A DNA stretch of 64,000 nucleotides, taken from Candidatus Multivorans sp. Lineage in GTDB: Bacteria > Acidobacteriota > Thermoanaerobaculia > Multivoradales > Multivoraceae. This document shows positions 49,401-57,956 of this stretch, piece by piece (positions within the stretch are counted from its first letter, which is position 1; each line of letters opens with the position of its first letter). Under the pieces are notes generated by a model. It made no database searches. It saw only the letters and a list, made by a program, of their open reading frames with translations, and was not told where the DNA came from. The stretch is taken from contig OZ251997.1 of assembly GCA_965247095.1 (NCBI GenBank), forward strand, positions 800,001 through 864,000, in the 5' to 3' direction. Position numbers and translations under genes: made by a program.

Positions 49401-50080
49401 TCTTCGCCGAGCACTGCAAGCTCTTGCACAACCGGCCATTCATCTGCCACATCTGGGACGGCCGCAGCGACGGCTTTCACGCTCTGGTCAACTACCACCG
49501 CCTCTGTGGCCCGGACGGCGAAGGGCGCCGAACCCTCGAGGCGCTCGCCTACCGCCACTTGGGCGAGTGGATCGACCGTCAGCGGGCAGCGCAGAGCCAG
49601 GGCGAGGAAGGCGCCGACGCGCGGCTTGCGGCGGCCCAGGACCTGCAACGCCAGTTGGCGCTCCTCCTGGAGGGCGAACCGCCCTACGACCTCTTCGTCC
49701 GCTGGCGGCCGCTCCACGAACAGCCGCGGGGCTGGGCGCCGAACCTCGACGATGGCGTGAGGCTCAACATCCGCCCCTTCATGCGCGCCGAACTCCAAGC
49801 CGGCGGGAGGAAGGGCGCCGGGATTCTCCGCGCCAAGCCGAACATCAAGTGGGGCAAGGACCGCGGCAAGGAGCCCGAGAGTCTCCGCCCCAGAGAGGAC
49901 TTCCCCTGGTTCTACTCTTGCCCCGGACAAGGTTCCGAGGCCGACCGCACGGACTACGCAGCGCCTGCGGAGGCCGCATACGATGGCAACCGCTGGAACG
50001 ACCTTCACTACACGCGGGCCGCCAAGGAAATGGCGCGTGCCCGGGCGGCCACGGGCGATGCGAGAGAACTAGGGCGATGA
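46466..50080 (+). CDS. pglX: BREX N6-adenine DNA methyltransferase PglX (BrxX)
   Basis: LPAVTQLFTE, VLDPCCGSGHF (motif I), GLEID, ITNVPY (motif IV), NRPFI.HIWDG, LDDGVRLNIRPF. Confidence 0.9.
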   Translation: MTEPLAPELRKQLEKAVRDARRLGEAGARAALRALAVHESRPYEGVSEDERALRRRLRAHGRQLGDEPNRQRGTQAIGRLVHEVAYEHWHRMLFARFLAENGLLVEPESGVPVSLEECAELAREGRGTDGWQVAESFAARMLPQIFRPEDPALAVTLAPETRQALEKLVAELPAAVFTASDSLGWTYQFWQTDRKDEVKRSGAKIGADELPAVTQLFTENYMVRFLFQNTIGAWRAGKVLAERPEVAEGAASEAELAEAVRIEPRGGLEGYDFEYLRFVREPAGGDGKDGDEERAGPPWRPAAGTLSGWPRRVAELRVLDPCCGSGHFLAEGLELLVRLRMEEEDLGVEAAVGVVLRDNLFGLEIDERCTQIAAFSVAFAAWKLVGRPVELPPPQIACSGLAPSASKEEWLSLAAGHQELEGALEELWNLFRQAPTLGSLLDPAGVDRGLFRADYKAVEQLLASAMAKENSGAEQRERSVAARGMNYARKLLAGEYDLVITNVPYLARGKQDATMQEFGDREYPDAKKELATMFVARINRWLGASGVQAVVAQQYWLFLTSYRELRGRFLRAHTWRLWSRLGAGAFEAISGEVVNVALTVLSTERPSDEWRMVGIDVSTPRGQRPIRPRGKARLLRSGTAPPVLALQCDQTLNPGSRVLMRPFPGVPLLRTVSYGHQGIATADYACFGRKFWELPELGSSWEFQQSTVRETSDFGGREHVLHWEEGEGPLQRSEGVRIQGGGAWSREGVAVSQMGALPVTRYTGEYFDNNVAVLTVNDQRYLPAVWCFCSASDYAARIGEIDQAPKVTNANLVEVPFDLSYWQEVATEEYPNGFPEPYSDDPTQWLFHGHPCGSVVWDEESKWTAHGPLRADASVLQVAVARLLGYRWPAELDPDMRLAAESRAWVERGRELDGFADADGIVCIQAAAGELPAADRLRRLLAAAYGEEWSAAKEQELLAAAADGKRPAKSLDEWLRDQFFAEHCKLLHNRPFICHIWDGRSDGFHALVNYHRLCGPDGEGRRTLEALAYRHLGEWIDRQRAAQSQGEEGADARLAAAQDLQRQLALLLEGEPPYDLFVRWRPLHEQPRGWAPNLDDGVRLNIRPFMRAELQAGGRKGAGILRAKPNIKWGKDRGKEPESLRPREDFPWFYSCPGQGSEADRTDYAAPAEAAYDGNRWNDLHYTRAAKEMARARAATGDARELGR
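48682..48690 (+). repeat. G9 homopolymer in pglX
   Basis: ATACAGGGGGGGGGAGCA, encoding IQGGGA in frame. Confidence 0.9.
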
Positions 50081-50502
50081 GTCGACTGAAGCAGGACAAT
50101 GGCGACGACTACCCTGAGGCTGCGCGCAAGCACCTCCTGGACGCGGCCGCACTTCTCTCGGCTGGGCGGCCGGATGGCTCGGCATACTTGGCCGGCTACG
50201 TCGTGGAGTGCTCCCTGAAGACTCTCCTGCAGATTGAGAAGGGGAGCGCAGATCGCATTCACATGCTCGCGGCCCTCCGCCGACAAGTGGCTGCTCTGGC
50301 GGTACAGGCGAACGTGACGACTGGGCGCTATTGCCTTGTGGCTGACAGACTTCTCTGCAATGCGGTGATCCTGAAGTGGAGACCGGAAATCCGCTATCGA
50401 GAACCGAGCACGTCGGCCGCAGACGCCCAAGCTTGGCAGCGAGAAGCTGCGGCGGTGTATTCCCGAGTCGTGGGCGCACTCATCCTTGATGGGAGGATCT
50501 GA
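50077..50502 (+). CDS. HEPN domain protein (141 aa)
   Basis: DA..LL...R...AYLAGYVVECSLK, IHML, W...IRY; ATGA overlap with pglX. Confidence 0.8.
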   Translation: MSRLKQDNGDDYPEAARKHLLDAAALLSAGRPDGSAYLAGYVVECSLKTLLQIEKGSADRIHMLAALRRQVAALAVQANVTTGRYCLVADRLLCNAVILKWRPEIRYREPSTSAADAQAWQREAAAVYSRVVGALILDGRI

Positions 50503-51839
50503 TGCTGCATCTTGACGAGGCCCAGGATCGGGTCGTGGATTGCCTCCGAGACTTCCTGCGCGAAAGGAGCCGCTCCTGGCGCGTTCTGCTCGTGTCGGAC
50601 GTCATGGCGCGGCAGCGCGTGGTCCTCTGGTGCCCGAAGACAAAGCGGCATTCCGCCACGGATGAGATCCAGAGGCGCCTCGCCGACGCGGGTGGGCCGT
50701 ACTGGTCCGGCGATGTCCTACTAGGGCAGGGCCCCGACGAGATGCCGGATGGCCCTTGGCAGGAAACAGCCTGGGACGAGGCGAGCGACGTCGGTGATGT
50801 GCCGGGCCTCCGTCTCCTGGAGCGGCATCTCTCCAAGGCAGGGTGGTTTGACGCTCCGGCCGAGCCGCCGTGGCTCCTGGGAAGGCGCAAGCGGGGCGGC
50901 GCCACCATCTGCGGGTTCTACTCGTTCAAGGGCGGCGTGGGCCGGTCCACGGCCCTGGCTGCTACGGCGCTGCAGTTTGCGGCCCGCGGTGATCGGGTGG
51001 CGGTACTGGACGCGGACCTCGATTCGCCAGGCGTTGGATCCCTGCTGCATGGCCACGACGGAGTCATTGCTGACGTGGGTTTGGTGGACTATCTCCTGGA
51101 AGCGCCGCTGATCGGAAACGCGGGAGCTTGTCGCCTGGATGACTTTCATCACCGTTGCCCTCCCGACCTTCATCACGGTCGAGGCGAGATCCTCGTCTTT
51201 CCTGCAGGGCGGATGAACCGCCGCTACATCGAGAAGTTGGCTCGGCTCGACTATGGCGCGAACAGTGCGGAACGTGCGTCGCATCCACTCGTCGACCTGC
51301 TGGAACAGATTCGAGCAGAACTGGATCCGCAGTGGATCCTGGTCGATGCGCGTGCCGGACTGGGCGAAGTATCCGGGTTTCTGACCGGGGGCGTTTGCCA
51401 TCTATATGTCCTGCTGGGAACTCTGGCGGACGCCAGTTGGCAAGGGTTGGAACTGGTCCTCGATCGCCTCGGCGGGCATCGCTTGCGTTCCGACCTGTCG
51501 CAGTGCGAGTGTCTCCTTGCCGCCGCGATGATTCCGCGAGGTCAGGGGGGCCAGTACGACCGCTTGATCGCCGGGTTCACAGATCGTGCGCGCGACATGT
51601 TCAGCAGGTCCTACTATGCGGAGTCGGGCGAGCGCGATTCGGCCTGGACCGTAGACGACCTCGCCAACGACAGTGACGCTCCGCACGTGCCGACAGGTCT
51701 TCCCTACGATCCCCAGTTGGCCGTGTTCACCGACTTGAGGGAGGTTGCTTCCGATGTCCTCTTGGGGTCCGGGTCCCCGTATCAGCGGCTTGCAGACCGG
51801 ATCCGAATGAGTGCAGAGCAACTGAGGGGAGGTAGGTAG
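50502..51839 (+). CDS. ParA/MinD-superfamily ATPase, KGGVGR variant, with an extra N-terminal domain
   Basis: FYSFKGGVGRST deviant Walker A, VLDADLDSPG, LVDYL, ILVDARAG. Confidence 0.85.
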   Translation: MLHLDEAQDRVVDCLRDFLRERSRSWRVLLVSDVMARQRVVLWCPKTKRHSATDEIQRRLADAGGPYWSGDVLLGQGPDEMPDGPWQETAWDEASDVGDVPGLRLLERHLSKAGWFDAPAEPPWLLGRRKRGGATICGFYSFKGGVGRSTALAATALQFAARGDRVAVLDADLDSPGVGSLLHGHDGVIADVGLVDYLLEAPLIGNAGACRLDDFHHRCPPDLHHGRGEILVFPAGRMNRRYIEKLARLDYGANSAERASHPLVDLLEQIRAELDPQWILVDARAGLGEVSGFLTGGVCHLYVLLGTLADASWQGLELVLDRLGGHRLRSDLSQCECLLAAAMIPRGQGGQYDRLIAGFTDRARDMFSRSYYAESGERDSAWTVDDLANDSDAPHVPTGLPYDPQLAVFTDLREVASDVLLGSGSPYQRLADRIRMSAEQLRGGR

Positions 51840-53360
51840 GTGACGACGGGACGTTTGACGAAGGCGGCCTGCGCGGGCCTGCGTGCCGAACTGCGGGACC
51901 TCGGCTACGGGCAGGCCGAAACCGAGGCGGCGCACAGCTTCAGGCGGCGGCTGCACCCGGTTCCGCAGCATCTGCGAGCACTCGACCCCACGGTCGTGCT
52001 GGTCGTGGGTCCTCGTGGCGCCGGCAAGAGCGAGTTGTTTCGCGCCTTTTTCAAGGAAGATGAGTCAGGAGATCTGGCGGCCGCCATCCTGGCGCGTGTG
52101 GCCGACCAAGTCCGAATCTCCGCATCCCCGGAGCGGTCGACCTGGGTTGACGCGTTTCCAGCCGGAACGGACTTCCCAGACACTGGGGCCATCGCCCGGG
52201 AGATCCGCACCGAGGAGCGTGCGAAGGAGCTATGGCGCTTGATGCTGTTGCGGCGTCTCGGGTCTCATCTGAACCCGGAACGACGGCTCGCTCTGGAGCC
52301 GATGCTCCGGCATATGGCAGCTGACTTGGGTGAGGTGTTTGAAGCCGCCGACGGCCTCGATGTCAATCCGACCGCCGCTTTGGACGAGTTGGAGATGAGG
52401 CTCGAGGGGGATGATCGCTGGCTGTTTGTCGGCTACGACGAACTCGACACCCTGGGTGGTTTCGACTGGGAACTGACCGCGCGCTTGGTTCGCGGTCTCG
52501 TGTCCTTCTGGTCGGACTACAGCCGTCGATGGCGACGCATCCGCGCGAAGGTGTTTCTCCGCTCGGACCTGTTTCGACGCCATGCCGGGATGGGGACGGC
52601 AGACTTCGCCAAATTGGCGGCGAATCGAGTCGAGCTCGGCTGGCCGGACGCTGCGATTCTGGGGATGCTGATTAAGCGCATCGCGAACACTTCGGCCGGG
52701 TTGGCCGACTATTGCCGGAATGCCAGGATCGAGTTCGATGAAGACGAGGAACTCGGGCTCGTTCCCAGGATCGACCGCCCCGGTCAGGCTCATCGCCTGA
52801 TCGAGCGAATGGCCGGCGAGTTCATGGGCGCCAATCGGAAGAAGGGGCTGGTCAGGAACTGGGTCTTCGACCACCTGCGGGACGGAGTCGGCGCTGTTTC
52901 GCCGAGGAACTTCGTTCGCTTGTTCGAGCTTGCCGCGGGCAAGGAGGCAGCGAATCAGGCGCTTCGGCCCCCGCGGCTATTGCACCCGACGGCGTTGCGC
53001 CAAGCCTTGGACGACATGTCGGATGATCACGTTCGGCAGGGCGCGACCAGCGAGTGGCCCTGGCTCGATGGTGTTGGCAGGCGGCTTCGCTTGGACCCGT
53101 TGGCACCGTGGACGCGACGCCGGATGATCGGACTGCTCGAGTCGGATGAGGTGGAGGGCTGGGGAGCTCCCGGGCTCGGGGAGGTACAGCCTCCCGAGGA
53201 GGATCCCTCAGCCCTCCTGGAGTACCTGGTCGAACTCGGCATTCTGCGGCGTCGGGCAGATGATCGGCTCGATGTTCCGGACCCCTACCTGTACGGCCTG
53301 GGTCTCCGGCGAAAGGGAGGTGTGAAGGTCGGCAGGCGCACTAGGCGGCGCGCTCGATGA
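51840..53360 (+). CDS. P-loop ATPase (Sll1717-like / STAND-like)
   Basis: VVGPRGAGKS, FVGYDELD, KVFLRSD, SPRNF, basic tail GLGLRRKGG; starts immediately after the ParA-like stop. Confidence 0.8.
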   Translation: MTTGRLTKAACAGLRAELRDLGYGQAETEAAHSFRRRLHPVPQHLRALDPTVVLVVGPRGAGKSELFRAFFKEDESGDLAAAILARVADQVRISASPERSTWVDAFPAGTDFPDTGAIAREIRTEERAKELWRLMLLRRLGSHLNPERRLALEPMLRHMAADLGEVFEAADGLDVNPTAALDELEMRLEGDDRWLFVGYDELDTLGGFDWELTARLVRGLVSFWSDYSRRWRRIRAKVFLRSDLFRRHAGMGTADFAKLAANRVELGWPDAAILGMLIKRIANTSAGLADYCRNARIEFDEDEELGLVPRIDRPGQAHRLIERMAGEFMGANRKKGLVRNWVFDHLRDGVGAVSPRNFVRLFELAAGKEAANQALRPPRLLHPTALRQALDDMSDDHVRQGATSEWPWLDGVGRRLRLDPLAPWTRRRMIGLLESDEVEGWGAPGLGEVQPPEEDPSALLEYLVELGILRRRADDRLDVPDPYLYGLGLRRKGGVKVGRRTRRRAR

Positions 53361-53498
53361 TGACGGAGGACCCTCGTCGGCACAAATGTGCACAGAGCCG
53401 AGTCGCAGCCTATGCGGGAACTGGTTCGGGGCCGGCGTTGACTGACTACGGCGGCTCGCCGTACGGCGAACGCCGCCGAGTCGAGCTTCGCCTGAAGC

Positions 53499-55871
53499 GT
53501 GCCTGAGACCAGGGAGATGGCATCGGGAGCTGCGGCCGTCACGTCTGCCATCGCCGACACCGCCCTTGACCGCCTGATCGCCAGCCTGCGCGACAAGGCG
53601 GCCGGCCTGGACGGCCAGGAACCGCCGGCCGCCGTGCTCTGGCCCGACCCGCAGGGCGAGTGGCGCTCGCTCATCGGTGCACTTCGTGAGCGGCTGCCTG
53701 AGCTGTTCGTGCTGGGCGACTTCGACGAGAAGGCGCGCAGGGGGCCGGCGATCTGGCTGCGGGCATTGATCGAGGGAGCGCTTGACGCGCCCTCACGGCC
53801 CGAGGGCGCGACACCGATCCTCTACCTGCCCGAGGTGTCTCGCCAGCAACTCCGGGCGGGCGACGACTGCCCGAACCGTTTGAAGCCCCTCGTGGAACTG
53901 CTCTACCGGGGCACCGTGTGGGTTCACCCGAACGGCCGCGAGTGGACGGTGCGCGGGTTCCTCGGTTCGCCGAAGTCGCTCGGCCTCGATGTGGCGGACG
54001 ACAACGCAACGAGGTTGGCGCTGCTGCAGGCTCTGCCCGAGGTTGCTGCTGTGCCCCTGTCCCGGCTCGGTGGAAGGCGCTTGGACGCGGATTACTTCCA
54101 CCGCTTGCTGACCCCCGATCTGCCGCGCGATGTCCTCCGGTGGATGGTGGAAGGTGGCGCGATGGCGGCTCGGCTCGGCGCAGAGAAGTGGGATGCCTTC
54201 CGCAGCCGTTGCCGCTCCGAACTCGGCCTCGACCCACAGACGGAACCGGATGTTGTGGCCGGGGAGCGGCTGGGCGCCGGTTCGGGTGAGTGGGCCCGGG
54301 TCTGGGGCCGGTTCCTGGAGTCGCCGGAGAACTACGCGCCCGTCGCGGACGTGCTGCTCCGAAGCCGGCCCGCATCCGTGCCGCTGTTCGATCGCGAGCG
54401 CTGGCCCCATCTGAACGCCGCCGACGAGGAGAGTCTGCGCCGGAGGCTTGGCGAGGCGGCCGGACTGAATCACGAGGCCGCCTGTGACCGGGTGATCGAG
54501 CTCGAAGAGGAACACGGCGCCCGGCGAGGCTGGGTCTGGGCGCGCCTGGGCCGATCCCCGATGGCGGCTGTGATCGGGCCGCTGGCGCAGCTCGGCCGTG
54601 AAGCCCGGACGACACTGGGAGGCGCCACGCCCGGCGAGATTGCTTCGGCCTATGTCGAGCACGGCTGGAGAGCGGATGCCGCGGCCCGGGAGGCTCTGGC
54701 AGCCGCTCGAACCGGGGAACAGGAACTTGTAGCCGGGATCGTAGGGCGCTTGGCTCTCCCATGGCTCGAGGACTCGGCTCACGCCTTCCAAAGTGCCGTC
54801 GAGCGCGAGGCATTGCCGGCGCGGGGCGATCAGCCGTTGATCGAAGCGCAGGATGATGTCTGCCTGCTGTTCGTGGACGGCCTTCGCTACGAACTGGCTC
54901 GGGCCTTGGCGGAACGGCTCGAACCGAGAGGCTTCGGCACGGACCTACAGCATCGCTGGGCGGCGCTTCCGACTCTGACGGCGACGGGGAAGCCCGCGGC
55001 GACCCCGGTGGCCGGGGACATCGGCGGGGGAATGCTCGGCGGCGACTTCGAACCGAGCTTCGTAGCCACCGGCAAGCGGGCCGATGCCCAGGCGCTCCGA
55101 GCCGCGATGGAGCGGCGCGGCTATCGGATTCTCGGCGCCGGGACGTTTGATGCGCCAATGGGCACTCAGGCCCGGGGTTGGGCGGAGTGGGGCAAGATCG
55201 ACACCCTCGGACACGAGCTTGACGCGGTGGACTTCGCTCGGAAGATCGAGGATGAACTGGAGAGCTTGAGGGAGCGCATCGCGCGGCTGCTGGCGGTCGG
55301 CTGGAGGGCCGTTCGGGTGACTACCGATCATGGTTGGCTGCTGATGCCGGGAGGCTTGCCCAGAGTGGATCTGCCGCAGCACCTGACGGTTTCGAGGGGA
55401 GCTCGTTGTGCCGCGATTGCCGGTGAATCGAGACCGGACGCGCTGATCGCGCCGTGGCATTGGAACGCGAACGAGTCGTTCGCCACGGCCAGGGGCATCG
55501 GCGCGTTCCGCCGATCGGTGGAGTACGCCCACGGCGGCTTGAGCATCCAGGAGTGCCTGATACCGGATCTCCTGGTGAGGGCAACCGGCCGGGTCGAAGC
55601 TGTGGCTAGCATCACGACGATTACTTGGCGAGGATTCCGGTGCCTGGCTGAAGCTACCGTCGGTGGCGCCGAAGTGACGGCGGACCTACGTTTGCGGGAC
55701 GACCTGAGCCGGTCCGTAGCCGGTTCCGGCAAGCCGGTGGAGGCCGACGGCCTGGTGAGCCTGCTGCTCGCCGACGACGATCACGAACATTCGCGGCTGG
55801 TTCTCGTCCTGGTCGATGACGAGGATCGAATTCTCGACCGCCGCGAGACTGCCGTGGGAGAGGACTCGTGA
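53499..55871 (+). CDS. pglZ: BREX PglZ (alkaline-phosphatase fold)
   Basis: LFVDGLRYE, LPTLTATGK, IDTLGH, TTDHGW, YAHGGLSIQEC. Start 53499 or 53517. Confidence 0.9.
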   Translation: MPETREMASGAAAVTSAIADTALDRLIASLRDKAAGLDGQEPPAAVLWPDPQGEWRSLIGALRERLPELFVLGDFDEKARRGPAIWLRALIEGALDAPSRPEGATPILYLPEVSRQQLRAGDDCPNRLKPLVELLYRGTVWVHPNGREWTVRGFLGSPKSLGLDVADDNATRLALLQALPEVAAVPLSRLGGRRLDADYFHRLLTPDLPRDVLRWMVEGGAMAARLGAEKWDAFRSRCRSELGLDPQTEPDVVAGERLGAGSGEWARVWGRFLESPENYAPVADVLLRSRPASVPLFDRERWPHLNAADEESLRRRLGEAAGLNHEAACDRVIELEEEHGARRGWVWARLGRSPMAAVIGPLAQLGREARTTLGGATPGEIASAYVEHGWRADAAAREALAAARTGEQELVAGIVGRLALPWLEDSAHAFQSAVEREALPARGDQPLIEAQDDVCLLFVDGLRYELARALAERLEPRGFGTDLQHRWAALPTLTATGKPAATPVAGDIGGGMLGGDFEPSFVATGKRADAQALRAAMERRGYRILGAGTFDAPMGTQARGWAEWGKIDTLGHELDAVDFARKIEDELESLRERIARLLAVGWRAVRVTTDHGWLLMPGGLPRVDLPQHLTVSRGARCAAIAGESRPDALIAPWHWNANESFATARGIGAFRRSVEYAHGGLSIQECLIPDLLVRATGRVEAVASITTITWRGFRCLAEATVGGAEVTADLRLRDDLSRSVAGSGKPVEADGLVSLLLADDDHEHSRLVLVLVDDEDRILDRRETAVGEDS

Positions 55872-57931
55872 ACTCACTGAACCTCGAAATGGACCGTCTT
55901 GACGAACTCGCCGCGGAGGCGTTTCCGGGCTACCTGGTGCGGAAGGACTTGGTGCGGCGTTACGCCCGAACGTATCCGGTGCCGACCTACGTGGTCGAGT
56001 TCCTTCTCGGGCGCTACTGCGCGAGCGTGGACGAGGACGAGATCACCGAAGGCCTGGTCATCGTCGAGAAGCAACTCGAAGGGCGGACGGTACGGCCGAG
56101 CGAGCAGGAGATGTTCAAGTCGCGCGCCCGGGAGAAGGGCTCCGTCAAACTGATCGACATCGTCCGCGCCCGGCTCGATGCTCGCAACGATCGCTACCTT
56201 GCCGAACTGCCGAGCCTCGGCTTGAGGGACATCGATGTCGCGGACGCGATCGTCAAAGACAACCAGCGGATGCTGACCGACGGCTTCTACGCCGAGGTGA
56301 CGCTCGAGTACGACGCGGTCGTCGCAGTGGACGAGCGCGGCAACCCGTTCCGCATCTCGTCCCTCCGGCCGATTCAGATGTCGGAACCGCGGGTGCTCGA
56401 CGTGTTCGCGCGCGGGCGCGGTCACTTCACGACAGGCGAGTGGTGTGACTTTCTGATGCGGTCCGTGGGCCTGGAACCAGGGGCGTTGGACGATCGCGCG
56501 AAGCGCGTGGCCCTACTCCGAATGGTCCCGTTCGTGGAGCGGAACTACGACCTTGTGGAACTCGGCCCTCGCGGCACGGGGAAGAGTCACATCTTCCAGC
56601 AAATATCGCCGTACTCACACCTGCTCTCGGGCGGCAAGGCGACCGTCGCCAAGATGTTCGTGAACATGGCCAACGGCCAGCGCGGCTTGGTGTGCCAGTA
56701 CGACGTCGTGTGTTTCGACGAGGTCTCCGGCGTCTCTTTCGATCAGAAGGACGGCGTGAACATCATGAAGGGCTACATGGCCTCGGGCGAGTTCAGCCGC
56801 GGGAAGGAGAGCATCCGGGCTGACGGTGGCATCGTCATGGTGGGCAACTTCGATGTCGACGTGGAGCAGCAGCAGCGCATCGGGCACCTGCTCAGCCCGC
56901 TGCCGAAGGAAATGCGGGACGACACCGCCTTCCACGACCGGATCCACGCTTACGCTCCGGGCTGGGACTTCCCGAAGCTGAATCCCGAGAACCACCTGAC
57001 GAATCACTTCGGGCTGGTCTGTGACTTCCTGAGCGAGTGCTGGAATCAGTCCCGGCAGTCGAGCCGGTTGAGTGCCCTGCAGAACCGAGTCTTTTGGGGC
57101 GGCGCCCTTAGCGGCCGGGACATCGAAGCAGTCAACAAGACGTGCTCGGGCCTCTTGAAACTCCTGTACCCCGACCAGGAGATGCCAGTAGAAGATGAGG
57201 ATCTGGAGTGGATCGTGCGGCTGGCCCTGGAGTCACGGCGGCGCGTGAAGGAGCAGCAGAAGCGTTGTCTCAGGAGCGAGTTCAGCAACACGCACTTTTC
57301 CTTCACTCTGGGCGTTGATGGAGTGGAGCAGTTCGTCGCTACGCCGGAGCTTCACAGCGATGAGGCGATCGATAGCGATCCGCTACCGCCCGGACAGGTC
57401 TGGGCGATTGGTCCGGGAACCGGCGAGACGGGCGCCGGGCTGTACCGGATCGAAGTTGCGATCGGCCCTGGCAGTGGCGTGAAGATCCTCAACCATCCGG
57501 TACCGCCGGCCTTTCGCCAGGGTGTCAAGGTTGGTGAGCAGAACTTGTACCGTGCGGCGAAGGGACTCGTGGGCCATCGTGACCCGCGGGGCTATGAGTA
57601 CTCGGTTCAACTTCGGCCCTTCGATGCCGACAGGTCCGGTGTTGGACTCGGTATGCCGGTGCTGGCCGCTTTCGTCGGAGCACTCCTCGATCGCGGAACG
57701 CGCGGCGGCGCGATCGTTGTCGGCCCCTTGAATCTCGGAGGGAGCACAGACCTCATCGCGGATCCCGTCGGCATCGCCGAGCTGGCCGTGGACAAGCGGG
57801 CAACGACGCTGCTGATGCCCGTCAGCGCCCGGCGCGCGCTCAATGATCTGCCGGACGATCTCTGGACCAAGGTCAATATCGAGTACTACAGCGACCCGAC
57901 GGACGGCGTCTTCAAGGCTTTGCTGCCTTGA
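55868..57931 (+). CDS. brxL: BREX Lon-like AAA+ protein BrxL
   Basis: VPTYVVEFLLGRYC, ELGPRGTGKSH, VCFDEV, SGEFSRG, DTAFHDR, RRRVKEQ. Confidence 0.93.
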   Translation: MNSLNLEMDRLDELAAEAFPGYLVRKDLVRRYARTYPVPTYVVEFLLGRYCASVDEDEITEGLVIVEKQLEGRTVRPSEQEMFKSRAREKGSVKLIDIVRARLDARNDRYLAELPSLGLRDIDVADAIVKDNQRMLTDGFYAEVTLEYDAVVAVDERGNPFRISSLRPIQMSEPRVLDVFARGRGHFTTGEWCDFLMRSVGLEPGALDDRAKRVALLRMVPFVERNYDLVELGPRGTGKSHIFQQISPYSHLLSGGKATVAKMFVNMANGQRGLVCQYDVVCFDEVSGVSFDQKDGVNIMKGYMASGEFSRGKESIRADGGIVMVGNFDVDVEQQQRIGHLLSPLPKEMRDDTAFHDRIHAYAPGWDFPKLNPENHLTNHFGLVCDFLSECWNQSRQSSRLSALQNRVFWGGALSGRDIEAVNKTCSGLLKLLYPDQEMPVEDEDLEWIVRLALESRRRVKEQQKRCLRSEFSNTHFSFTLGVDGVEQFVATPELHSDEAIDSDPLPPGQVWAIGPGTGETGAGLYRIEVAIGPGSGVKILNHPVPPAFRQGVKVGEQNLYRAAKGLVGHRDPRGYEYSVQLRPFDADRSGVGLGMPVLAAFVGALLDRGTRGGAIVVGPLNLGGSTDLIADPVGIAELAVDKRATTLLMPVSARRALNDLPDDLWTKVNIEYYSDPTDGVFKALLP

Positions 57932-57956
57932 TGCCGATGGCCGCGGCTGGAGCGTC

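Noticed and set aside
50502-51839. ParA as evidence of a plasmid or prophage partition locus
   Set aside because: No parB/parS, rep or phage genes; variant Walker A; embedded in a defence operon.
53361-53498. Possible internal promoter before pglZ (TTGACT at ~53438)
   Set aside because: No convincing -10 at a suitable spacing.
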